Position numbers and translations under genes: made by a program
Notes under the pieces: generated by a model
The model's input: only the letters and a program-made list of their open reading frames with translations
Database searches by the model: none
Told to the model about the DNA's origin: nothing
Source of the DNA: Macrostomum lignano
Taxonomy: Eukaryota
DNA: 64,000 nucleotides
Assembly: GCA_002269645.1 (NCBI GenBank)
Contig: NIVC01002068.1
Span: forward strand, 62,001-126,000
Direction of reading: 5' to 3'
In this document: positions 24,755 to 37,800 of the stretch, piece by piece
How the letters are laid out: every line of letters begins with the position of its first letter
How positions within the stretch are numbered: position 1 is the first letter of the stretch

Positions 24755-25227
24755 CAACAACAACAAAATACGCAGGGTCACAGCTAGAGCAGGGCGCGTC
24801 AGATGGCGCGCCGCAGAGCCTGAGAGCCCCGTTGGCAGTGTCGGGCGCCCTAGCGTAGCAAAGCAGGCAAGTCCAAGTATCGACGGGTTTGGGCCTGACC
24901 CCACCTGAACGGGCCCTGCAAGGTTAGCAGCAGGACGTCCTGAACAGGTTAGGGGCAGTAGCCCTCGGCTCGGATCACGTGGCCCACCAGTTGAAGTCGC
25001 CGCCGGCGCAGGATGGTGGACGGGAGCTGCGTTGGCCCGATCGTACAGGGTCTCGGTCCCGACGCTCTCGTCAGCTCGAAAAGCCGCACTAAGCAGCCCT
25101 GAGTGCGCCAAGTCCAGTCGTCAGCGTCCACGTCTCGGTGTTGTAGAGTAGGACGGTTTCGATTACCGCCTGCCACAGCTGAGCCCTCTGGCGGTCGTGC
25201 AGCGCTTCGAACTGGAGGACGGCTCGG
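24755..25227 (-). mobile_element. 5'-truncated RTE-type LINE remnant
   Basis: Frameshifted minus-strand peptides VIETVLLYNTETWTLT and LRRRRLQLVGHVIR resemble post-RT motifs of RTE-like LINEs. There is a (TTG)n 3' tail and a near-perfect 11-bp TSD ATCCT(T/C)TGAGA at 24744-24754 and 25228-25238. Confidence 0.85.
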
Positions 25228-25509
25228 ATCCTCTGAGAAGATTTTTTGGATCTTCCTAAATGAAATACTCAATGGTTAAATTCTCTCATGCGGTCCAGTC
25301 TACTTAAAGTAATACTATTAGAAAATTAAGCAGAGCCGCATTTGGGGAACTTATATGCCAAAAATTTTATTTGGCAGAAACAATTAACCAATAAACGATC
25401 GTCCCCGGCTCAAGCAGTAGAGAAACAGAAGATTTAACTTAGTTCCCCAGCTTTTTTGACAATTTTAACCCAAAAATATACCGAAACCAATTAAGGCCCC
25501 CACTTCTGT

Positions 25510-26507
25510 ATGCGTGCTATGCAGACGCTTTATGCTCATGTGCTGCTGTTCTGCAGCGTTTCTGTCCTGATCAGCGCTGATAAAACTTTCACCAGCGTCC
25601 ACGAAGATCTCGATGAATACCTACTAATCAAAGCTGACTCCGTCCCAAGCCGGTCCGCCTGCATTGTTGAGGCCCAGCGAAACGACGAGGTGTCTGCAGT
25701 CGCCTACTCCGAAACCGACCGGTCCTGCCGACAGTTCAAGTGCAAGCTCGGACGTTCTGGCTGCAGGAAGTGTAGGAATCACCGAAACAGCTCATTGCCA
25801 ACCGTTTGGGTGAGTCTTTGTCTCTGAACAGCAGTCCTTACTGAACTTTACTGCAAGATTACACGTCCGATCAGATAGGAACTCTTATTTCATTGCAGAC
25901 TAGACAGATACCAGAGATCAAAGACTGTTGGACCACGTTCCAGCACAGAGTTGATGCATCAGGGCAATTTTCCCGAGGGTGGAACGAGTACCTGGACGAG
26001 TTCGGACAGGGAGAGAATGCAAACTTCTGGATCGGACTGGAAAAGCTGCACCAGCTCACAAGAAACGGTAATTACAGAGTTCGATGGGAGTTCAGCGACT
26101 GGAACGGGACCTGGTACTGGGCTGAGAACACCCACTTCTCAGTGTCGGACGCATCTGACAAGTTCAGGGTGAGTATGGGCCCTCTGGACACCGCCCGATC
26201 GAATGTCGGTCAGGTTCCACTCGATGACGGTCGGTCGATGGACGGAATGAGGTTCTCCACTATCGACTCGGACAATGACCTGAACATCGCCTCGTGTGCT
26301 GGGATGTACAACAGCGCCTGGTGGTACCGATCGTGTGTCAGCTTCGATCCGAACCGTGTTTATTTTTATCCACCGGAAGCCCTGAATCTGACGGCCTCAG
26401 GCCAGGAGTGGAAAGGTCTGGTCTACGTGTACGCCGGGTCAGCGTACCCGTTGAGTCCTGACTACTCGATGCAGACGTTTGAGTGCCTGCTGACGCCAGC
26501 TTGTTGA
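25510..26507 (+). CDS. Secreted PAN/apple-like + fibrinogen C-terminal (FReD) domain protein (exons 25510-25809 and 25899-26507; 302 aa)
   Basis: Hydrophobic signal peptide, then a PAN-like segment (C...SAVAYSETDRSC). A phase-0 intron (GTGAGT...TTGCAG) is followed by FReD motifs WTTFQHRVDAS, FSRGWNEY, FWIGLEKLHQLT, FSTIDSDND, C...AWWY..C. Confidence 0.9.
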
Positions 26508-27212
26508 TACTGATCAAAGAAAAAATCACTCGATCGATATCCAAATTTCTATCATACGAGGATACTTTTCAAAAGGGAAGAATTGCATGCCTATCTGCTA
26601 AAACTGGTCTATCGTTTTGTGCTGTTTCCTTAAATCGAATGTTATTCAACATCCAATATATCGTGCATACTTTTTTCTCCGAAGTTTAACTTTCCTGCTT
26701 GTTTAAAAATAGAGCTAAAAATAGCACTACAATGTCTTTATTGTGTAGCTAATCATATATATTCTCCTACCGTTATACCGCTTTCTAGACGTACAGCTTT
26801 TCCCTCGGCTGCACGGACTCTTCTGAAAGCAATACGCGTAGGATAATTTTCTTACTCAAAATAATCGTACAGTGATTTTGTCACGCTGTAGTGTTCAATA
26901 ATGCCTTTTAGTAACTGTCGAGTGTGGGGTCAGACATGGTTAACCGTAGTTTCTATCAATACAATTCAGTAATTGAATCTTTTTTGGTGTCTTACTGTCT
27001 TTACTATCTATCTATCTTATCACGAGCTAATTTTAATCATTTTCATTAACGTACCACTCGTAGTAGCACATGCAAAGTGACTCAGCCTTACTCTTTAACA
27101 ATAGCAGCAATACTAACAAAAAAATTGGGCAAAATTGTTAATTGAAGGCCACACCGTCCACAAAATTAGGCGCCGGCGTCAGCTAGAGGGCAGTCGGCGT
27201 AACGCCCAATGT

Positions 27213-27819
27213 GCGCCTGTCCTCTCCTGTAGGGCGCCTGTCCTCTCCTGTAGGGCGACTGCTGCAGGGCGACTGTCTTCTCCTGTAGGGCGACTGTCTT
27301 CTCCTGTAGGGCGCCTGTCTTCTCCTGTAGGGCGCCTGTCCTCTCCTGTAGGGCGCCTGTCCTCTCCTGTAGGGCGACTGCTGCAGGGCGACTGTCTTCT
27401 CCTGTAGGGCGACTGTCTTCTCCTGTAGGGCGCCTGTCCTCTCCTGTAGGGCGCCTGTCCTCTCCTGTAGGGCGACTGCTGCAGGGCGACTGTCTTCTCC
27501 TGTAGGGCGCCTGTCCTCTCCTGTAGGGCGCCTGTCCTCTCCTGTAGGGCGACTGCTGCAGGGCGACTGTCTTCTCCTGTAGGGCGACTGTCTTCTCCTG
27601 TAGGGCGACTGTCTTCTCCTGTAGGGCGCCTATCTTCTCCTGTAGGGCGCCTGTCTTCTCCTGTAGGGCGCCTGTCCTCTCCTGTAGGGCGCCTGTCCTC
27701 TCCTGTAGGGCGACTGCTGCAGGGCGACTGTCTTCTCCTGTAGGGCGACTGTCTTCTCCTGTAGGGCGCCTATCTTCTCCTGTAGGGCGCCTATCTTCTC
27801 CTGTAGGGCGCCTGTCCTC
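27213..27819. repeat. 20-bp minisatellite with interspersed shorter variant units
   Basis: Unit CTGTC(T/C)TCTCCTGTAGGGCG(A/C), interrupted by CTGCTGCAGGGCGA. Confidence 0.96.
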
Positions 27820-28424
27820 ACATCGCCTGTACGAGTAGTACCAGCTATAAAAGCAGCAAAATGACCATTCAATACCCCCTTCAATATTTTCATTCCATTC
27901 CTGTTTTTCTTTTGCAGAAACGAAACACTGGTATAAATGTTGCGTCTACATAGACCAGTTATAAGCTCCAATAAAAAGCACTTCACCCATTCATCAAGGA
28001 AGAGGTTTCTTTTCTTCTACCTTTCCTTTCCCCACTTTTCAAGTATGCATAAGTCCATTGCCAACAACAGAGCTCCTTTGTTTTACTGGCAGGAATTTTT
28101 CGTTGCTTATCGCTTCGCCTTTCTCAGAGACGCATCAAGTCAGAAAACTAGATAGGAAACGGAATTTTTAGTGGAATTGCCACAAAAAACTATTATTTTC
28201 TAGCCTCAGGGGTTCTCTCACCTGCCATCATCTCAAGCCGCGCTAAGGAGAACTCTTCTTCTATTCAATTTGAAAGTGAAACAGAGGGTCTTGGCATTCT
28301 CACATTGTCAATTGAGGCTCATTTGCGATTTACAATGGAAGTCTATTGTGCTTTAAAATTCCTTTTGTGTTTCATTAGTAAAACGCCACGAAAGCTTGTT
28401 AACTGGAGTCGCACAAGCTTCGAC

Positions 28425-29408
<984 letters not shown>

Positions 29409-29994
29409 CATGTATCAAACAATGCAAGAGCAAGTTTTAGAAGTGGATGAAAAAGTCACTTTCATATTCAACCGTAAACACAGGCTTGGGCAAGAACTGT
29501 ACACATAAGTCAAACCCGAGGAGTGGAAAATCAGGGCGGGAGCTAACTAATGGGCTGACGGACAGTCGCACGTGCGTGCCGGATTAACAGCTGCAGTCGA
29601 TTTTCTCTCTGACTGATGTAGTGATCGATTGGAAATTTATTGGACAAATTTGCGCGGTTCGGCGGCCAACGCGCTTACATCTGTCGCTCCCTGAGCCCCC
29701 CGCCTTCGCCGTTGATAAGACCCGGGCCGATCGCTCGTCGCTGTTGTGTTTGCTCGGCAAAAAGCCCAGGCTAACAAGCGGCCTCCCCAATCCTCTCCCC
29801 AAGCAAGTCCCAGTCGTGTTTGCTCATATCGCTGTCTCCTCCTTTCTGAATCCGTATAAAAAATGACATCCTGCATCCTGCTTCCTCCTACGAATTTCTG
29901 TGTTTTGTGTATCTTCTTATCTTATATACGGTCGTAGGCAGCTTGCAGCCGGCTTAAGAAACCGGTCGAATCCGGTAAACTCAACGCCAGGCAA

Positions 29995-31271
29995 ATGTCA
30001 GACTTCGGAGCGATTCTGTTCGAAACTGCGACAGGAAACTGCAGCCGAGCCCGGCTGAGAAGCCAGTGCTACGGCTGCTCGAGCAGGCCGGACTACCAGC
30101 TTGAGTACGCCTGCGCTGCCGTGCTCGCCCTGCTTGGCGTCTGTCTCAACGCAGCCGCTCTAACTGTCTTCCCTGATATGCGCGGTCACAACCGCTCTCT
30201 CTGGTTGAACCTCGGCTGGCTGTGCATCGGCGAGATCATCTGCAACTCTGGCTACCTCCTACTGGCTGCCATTCACCTGCCGACAGATTGCATGTTTGCC
30301 GCTCCCGTGCCTCGACCGGGACTCTGCCTGCCGCTGCTGCGTTTGGCCACCATTGGTGCCACTCTCAATAATCTAGGACTGCGCCTGCGCAACTGGCAGA
30401 TCGTCCTGCTGTCCGCCGCCCGTCTAGAGACGCTGCTGTGCTCGCCGTCTGGCCGATGGCGCGTGCTCCGCCGGCCACTGGTAAATCGCTGGGCAATCGG
30501 CATTCTGGCGGTGCTATCGTTGGCTGATTCTACCGGCAGCTTCTTTATGAACCGCTTCGTTCAGTGCGGCAGAGATGAGGTTTACCTGGTTCCGAATAAC
30601 GGATTACCTGCTGCGCTACTGGCGCACTTGCGCCTCGGTAATATATTTCTTTTGTACATGCAGCGACATGTAGAAAATTTTCTTATTCAAATAATTATTT
30701 CCAGAAGATGGAAATCTGCCTAAATTAAAATGAACCTCAATGCCCTCAATGATTAGGTCGTTTCATCTTCTCACGTGCCCTCCCAGTGGCTCTTGTGGGC
30801 GTCAGCTCTGTTGGTGTAATTGCTATCACCTTCGCAAAGCGGCGCTCCTCGTCAGTATCGGCCTACCTGTGCATGCGCGCTACAAGAATAGTACTGCCGC
30901 TGTCGCTGGTTTTTATATCGCTTAACTGTCCAACATTTGTGTGTGCCCTACTTCGATTTATAAAAAATCGACGCTGCAACACTCGCATACTGAACCTTCT
31001 AATGCTGGTGGACAGTTTAGTTAACTTTGTCGTCTATTGCGGCTCTAGTGCAGAATTTCGTGTGAGACTTCGACTTCGCTTACGCCGCTGCTGGCTAAAC
31101 ATTGCACCTTGTTTTGGTGCGCACGTAACAGAAGCTAGGAACGGAGGTGCCGGTGGCACCGACCGAGCTGCTGGGGTGCGTCTGTTTCGTGGCCAGCCAA
31201 GGTGGAGAACGGATCACCTGCAGCAAAACAAACGTCCACATATGGTTATGCAGTGCTACTACCATGCATAA
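29995..31271 (+). CDS. Divergent class-A (rhodopsin-type, peptide-receptor-like) GPCR (exons 29995-30637 and 30757-31271; 385 aa)
   Basis: Seven hydrophobic segments. TM1 GVCLN, TM3 end LLSAARL, ECL2 Cys and TM7 DSLVNFVVYCGSSAEFR (NxxxY plus helix-8 FR). A phase-1 GT-AG intron joins the two ORFs in frame. Confidence 0.85.
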
Positions 31272-33052
31272 CGGAACAGCAGTTGGATTCATGACTGTCT
31301 GCTCTGGAGTCTGGTTGATTTGTGCATTATTTAGTACATATGTAGATCGGGGTGTTTCTTGAAACAAACTAATTCTACCTAGAATCTACCAAAAAGAATT
31401 GAGACGACGGCTGTGAAAGAACTTCTAAAACAGGGATTAAAATGTTAAATTTGAGAGTCTTGTAACTGTTTAAGCTTGTTAGAACTTCCCAAGCATTCTT
31501 ATTTTCACTATGTATCGATAGTCTTGGTTCGTTTGCAGTTATGAATTCAAAATATTGGGTAAAACAGCTAGAATTGGTTCTCGCGGTTTCCGAAGTAAAG
31601 CCTACATAAATTACTAGAAACTTCCAGAAGGTACATAAATGCAATTGAATGACGCAGAGCAACCCAAATTCAAGTTTCAGCTACAGTACTACAGTATCAT
31701 GACATGTACTTGAAGTATTTCATAGAAGGCTTCACAAACCACGAGAACTTTCTGTTTTTCCTAATATAACAAAAACTTTTTAATAGTATTTGTTGTGATG
31801 CTGGTATTACAAGCAAAAAGTAACTTACTATAAAAAAATATTTTACATGCATCTGCGCCTAGTTTTAGCGTCGATTGATGTAAAACTGTATTTTTTTAAT
31901 ACATTTAATTTTCGCGCAATCGTGCCGGCTGTGCATGGGTAAATATTTAAAACTTTTTCAACGCGCTTTGGCTAGACCTCGATATATTGACGATTGTGTG
32001 TTAATTATATTTATATACGATCAGTGTGTTCTCACGAGAATAATTTTTTGTGTTGAAACACCCCTATATTGGTTATAAAAATTTGACGTCCTTAAGGAAA
32101 AAATTCTTCAAACTATACTTTATTATGTTTTAAAAATTTAAACTTTTTTAGAAGAAAATTACGTTGAACTGAAGGACTTCTAGCTTAGAATACAGAAGAA
32201 AAATAGCTAAAATGATACTTGACTAGTTTTTACTTTTACTTTTTATTTTTCGTATCTAATGCTTAGTATGGTTTATTACTTATTTCTCTTTGTCTCGTCT
32301 TTTATTTGTTCATTTTACTAAACATTAGATACGAAAAATAAAATTGAATGCTCATATGTAAATTATACTTTTATCTGTTAAATGAAAGATAAATGAATTC
32401 AAGATTTATTTTTTAGGACTCATTTTTTTTATCACTTTATCTAATTTATTAATCAGTAATTATTCACTTAGTAACATAATTTTTTGGCTATATAAATAGT
32501 TATATAGCATTTTAAATAAGTTTAGTATTAGAACAGTAATCATATTGGTTTCATAATTATGAATAAATTTTGAATCATGGAACATTTATACAATTTATAA
32601 ACGTATTATACATGTACCTACTAAATAATATAGACTTAAGCAAAAATTTTATAGTTATCTGTTTTTCAACTTACTGATGGGCCAATGATTATGAGATGAT
32701 GAGCATAATTATAGTGTCATGATTTGCTTAATTTAATGACATTTTATTTAGTATTGCAGAATCTAATGATTTTAAATAGTATAGGGGTGCTAATTAAATC
32801 GATAAGTATAGATTAAAAAACTAGCTGGGAGGCAAGTACAAGTTCTAAAATATTGGATACCTTATAAATGCTCTTCTCTAGAAATTCTTGGAGATTTTGG
32901 CGTCTGAAGTTCCTTGCACCCATGCTTACTCTGTGAGACACAAGGAATGACTATGTATTAAATTATTTAATTATTGTTAAATTTAATATTTTAAAATCCC
33001 CCTGATTCAACCAACATTAAAGTAAGCCGACCCGCTGAAGAACCAGGCAGCC

Positions 33053-33805
33053 ATGGCCGACAAGCAAGGAGGGGGGCGGGTCCACTTCAATCCCGACCAT
33101 CTGCTCAACCACACGGATGACATCACGATCGAGCGGGGCACAGACGGCGAGTCAATTGACATTCAGCTGGGATTTTTGCAAGTCGGCCATGTTTACGAAA
33201 TCATGCTACCAGCGCTGCGCCACCAGCTGGGACAGAATCCAGTCTCGAACTCGCGGTCCCAGGTTAAACTGCTGAGCTGCTGCAATGGCTCTGACGGCGA
33301 TCAATTTGTGTTTCAACTGTTCGCCCAAACTGAAGGCCTCATGCTTGCCACTGTGCTTCTGAAGAGTAGCACTACGGATCAGATGCTCATTGTTCGCTTC
33401 CACGGTAGAGTACTCGGTGAGGCTTCTGCCGCGTGTGGGATCAGTTTTCCTCAGGGATGTGGAACTGACGCAGTACACAATCGGATGCAGGCAGATATCG
33501 CACTGGAGAAAGCATGAGGGACAATTAAAATTGATCACGTATTGTCTACCTTCGTTTTAAACTTTCTGGTTTCGAACTATCTAACTCTTATTTAGCCGGG
33601 GCGCTGCCTGTAAGCTTTAACTTTGGAGGACTAACGTTAGAATAGAGAAATATGATTTCTGGAGCAAAATTAAAGTTCATAAGGCCCTACAAACTCAACT
33701 GCAGGTAAGCTGATGGGCACACCTGGATTGAAGAATGGCGTCAGGTCTGTTGCCATTCGAGAGCCGGATGCGGCTGTTGAAGAAGCTTCAGACTCCGAAC
33801 TTTGA
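33053..33805 (+). CDS. ADISSP: UPF0687 / C20orf27 (ADISSP) homologue (exons 33053-33416 and 33705-33805; 154 aa)
   Basis: Motifs RVHF, LGFLQVGHVYEI, KLLS, EGL, GRVLG|KLMGTPGLKNGV...DSE parallel, from recall, human C20orf27 (HVHF, VGFLKILHRYEI, KEGVL, HGTPMLLDGV). A phase-1 intron restores the conserved C-terminus. Confidence 0.75.
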
Positions 33806-34816
33806 GGTTGATTTTACTATCTGCTTAACTTGCTCTCTGTAATCCAGACATGAGCATTCGACTTCATGCGATCTACCGTATAATATCACCACGATACGCT
33901 CTGTAAGTTACGTTTGCTTACTTATGTAACTGTTATTCATTTTCATGCCAAATAGTCTTATTATTAAAGTCTAAACTGAGGTGCCTAGTTTGTTTTCGCG
34001 CTTTCATTTCTTTAAATACCAACATTTACTTTTACTCTAATCACTTCTTGTTCGCTATTATTTTGCCTAGTACTGCATAGCAGTTTGGAATTTTCAAAAA
34101 GAAATAAATTTCATTGCCCATCGAGGGTACTTCGGTTTGAAATACGCGTAGTACAGCAAGCAAGAACTATTAAGAGTTTAATTCATTAAAATAAGTATCC
34201 CTCAGCGCTAGTTACGATTTCTCTTATTACTTATGCTGCAACTTGCTTTGTGTGTGTGGAAGCAAAAATTTCGTGACTTCATTGACCTCAGTTTCAGTCA
34301 CTGTTAAATGATTACGAGTATTGCGTTACAAGTTGCGCGCTTCCTTCTGAAAGTAACGCTGTGGCTACGAAAATGCGAAAAACTCGTAGCGATGTCCATA
34401 GAGCGGATCGTGGGAAGTCGTATGTCGTTGCTTCAAGTTACAAGCCATGAAACAGCAAAATGCCTTGCTCTGGCGCCATTCGTTCTCAAACTTAAAAGGT
34501 TTATTGACGTGCCATTCAAGCTGTTGTTCTCAAGCTTTAAATGAGACGTTTCCCACGAAAATATTTATGTTGATTTATTTTTTTCGCACTGTATATAACC
34601 TATTAAACTAGCGGCGATGCAGGGTGTCGATACCAAGTAGACCATTAAAGTGCATTAATTGTAGCTCTACGCGCGATCTCAAGATTGCTTAGTTGCATGG
34701 CATCTTAAATCGGTACGGCGGTATGCCCATGCCGAGGATTACACTAAAGCACAATTCTGCTGCGTGACAGCGATTGAAAACTTCCAAATACTACGAGTAC
34801 TGAACGAAATCGCATC

Positions 34817-37800
34817 ATGGTAGGTAATTGTTTGTGCAGATTTAATTATGTCAATCTAAACAATCACAAAATCGAACCAGTAATCTTCACATGGTTAGTA
34901 TATCGAAATGATATAGCTGCAAAGTGTGCATACATGTATAACTACCAAAATAATCCCCCACTCTAGACAGCCAGCCCAATAGATGCCATTGTGCTGTCTG
35001 ATACCAGCTCTTCAACAAGTGCATCTTCAGATTCATCATCTAGTACAAGTAAATCGTCACGCACATCGAAAGGTTCTGAAATTGTATGTTCAGAGGCTTC
35101 GAAAAAAGGAAAATGGCTTTTAAAACCATTTCATTCGGCCAAAGAAAAACAAGTTGGTAAACAAGGACCATCTAGCTCTATTCTGTACCGACATGTTCTG
35201 AAAGGCCGTCTGGACGACCTGCCGATCATGAACAGCCGCGTCGTGCGCATCTTCCTGTCGTCCACCTTCTCGGACATGGGAACGGAGCGCAACTACCTCA
35301 TGCAGCACGTCAATCCAAGGCTGAAAAAGTTCTGCCGTGACTCCTTCGGACTCGAGTTTCAAACCATCGACATGCGATGGGGAGTCGGTGACGAGGTACA
35401 GCTCGACCACCAGGGTCCGTACATGTGCTACCAAGAGATCGACAACTCGCTCATCATGTCAGCCGGCCCCTACTTCATCTGTCTGCTGGGTCAGCGCTAT
35501 GGCAACCAGCCGCCTGCAGCCCTTGTCGAGGTCGACGTTTTCAACAACATCGTGGAAGCGTTGAAAGAGGACGGACGCGACGTCTCGTGTCTACACGAGT
35601 GGTACACGATCGACGAGAACAACAAGCCACCAATCTGTGTCCTGAGACCGATTGCAACTCTAGCAGAGGCGGTAAGTGTGGTTTTTTACGATTATTGCAG
35701 CGCTTGTTTTTCAGAGTTTGCAACAGGATAAATTTAATAACCTCTAATCTCGTAATTCATTGTTCTAGGCGGACAAGGAGCTCTTGAAAGCTGCTCGACA
35801 GCGGTGGGAAGCTGTCCAAGACTCCATCATCGGACTCATGAAGAGAGGTGCCGAGTTGTGTCTTCAAAAGACTTTGATCTCGCACGCGACAATGAAGAAG
35901 TTCACGGCCTCTGTCACCGAGATTGAGGTGATCAGCGGAATATTGTCAAAACCTCCGCAAAAGTTGGCTCAGGCTCTCGCATTCGTGAGAGAGTTCTCTG
36001 ATCTGGAGTCTCAGCGCGACTTCTCTCGAGGAAAGATGTTCAAGTTCATCGACCTGACCGACTCTGTGAACGAAGATGGCGAGGCAGTAAAGGTTCTTGA
36101 TGAAGCTGTGAACGCGATGGTCAAGGAGTTGAACAGACACGTTCTGACTCGAATGGCGGAATCCAATTCCTTCACTTACTCACTAAAATGGACCAATGAC
36201 GCTGAGGGTGTGGGCATGAGTAGCCACAAAGACTATCTGGAAAAGTTCGGCAGCGACTACTGCGATAATGTGAAGCGCCTCGTGGCCGAATCCGTGCGGG
36301 AGAGCATGCGGCTCCGATCGGACGACCTCTACTCGGAGGTGCTGCAGCACTCGACTGCATGCGTCAACTACGTGAAGAAGTTCCAGGGTCGGCAAGAGAT
36401 CATCGACAAGGTGAAGGCTTATGTGCAAGCGAGCAACACAACGGAGCCTCTGGTGGTGTACGGCGACTCGGGCAGCGGCAAGACATCTCTACTTGGCAAG
36501 GCCGCCAGTCTGGTGCGAAGCTGGTTGCCAGAGTCCGATTCCAAAGATGCCATCGTGCTGCTGCGATTCCTCGGCACCAGTCCCGGTACGTCGAGCATTC
36601 GACAGACACTCAAGTACCTGTGCCGTCAGCTCGCTGTGTTCGGCAACGAGGACGACCAGGAAAAGTGCGAGTCACTCGACGACTTCAAGGAGATCTTGAA
36701 CACCTTCTACTCCATGCTCGAACGCATGGGCCAGTTCAGGAGAATCTTGGTGTTCCTTGACAGTGTTGATCAGCTGGACAGCTCTGACGGTGCGTACCAT
36801 CTGACGTGGGTGCGGACGCCATTGCCTGCCAACGTGAAGATGGTTGTGTCCACTCTGCCCAACATGTTCGACTTGCTGAAGACATTCAAAGGGAAGCTGC
36901 CTAACCCAGACATCTACGTGGAGGTGACGCCACTGGAGACCAGTCTGTGCACCAGCATTTTGTCGGCTCTGCTCAGCGAACAAGGTCGCACTCTGAACGA
37001 GCAGCAATGGGCTCTGGTCGAGCAGGCATTCTCCAAGTGCTCACTGCCAATCTATGTTCACCTGCTGTACCACGAGGTTCTGAGATGGCGCTCTTACCAA
37101 CAGGTGGATGAGTCGTCTCTGCGCTACACCGTTCGTCAGGCAATATTTCAGCTGTTCGAGAAACTCGAGTTGAAGCACGGCAGGCTTTTTGTAAGTACTT
37201 CGTGTTAGTTACATTAGCCCAGGCTAGTGAGAATAACCCAGAACTATCCGCCACTTATCTCTCTCTGTCAGAATGGCTCTTTCTGCTCATTTGCTTTTCC
37301 AGACCTCTCACGCCCTGGCATTCATCACTGCATCGAGAAACGGACTGTCAGAGTCGGAGCTGGAGGATCTGCTCAGTCTGGATGACGCCGTCCTCATTGA
37401 CGTGTTTCAGCATCACCTGCCGCCCTTCATCCGCATCCCGCCGATCTGCTGGGCTCGACTGCGTCACGACATTGGCTCTTACCTGGTCGAGAGAGAGGCG
37501 GACAACATCCGGGTAGTGTTCTGGTACCACCGACAGTTCATCGAGGTGGCTCAGGAGTACTTCTTGTCGGACGAAAAGACCAGACGGGACATTCACTCCA
37601 TCATGGCAGACTACTTTTGGGTCTGTGGAGCGGCAGGAGAAAGAAGTTCGTGTACCCAGCCTATCTGCGCAAGAAGCTCGTAAGTGATGAGCACTGAAAT
37701 TGATCTGTTCTCTGAACCGACTTACTGAGCCGTTTATGCATTCGTTCTCACTCCAGAACCTGCCCGAGTTCTCAATGGAGGACCGAGCCGTTCCCGAGCA

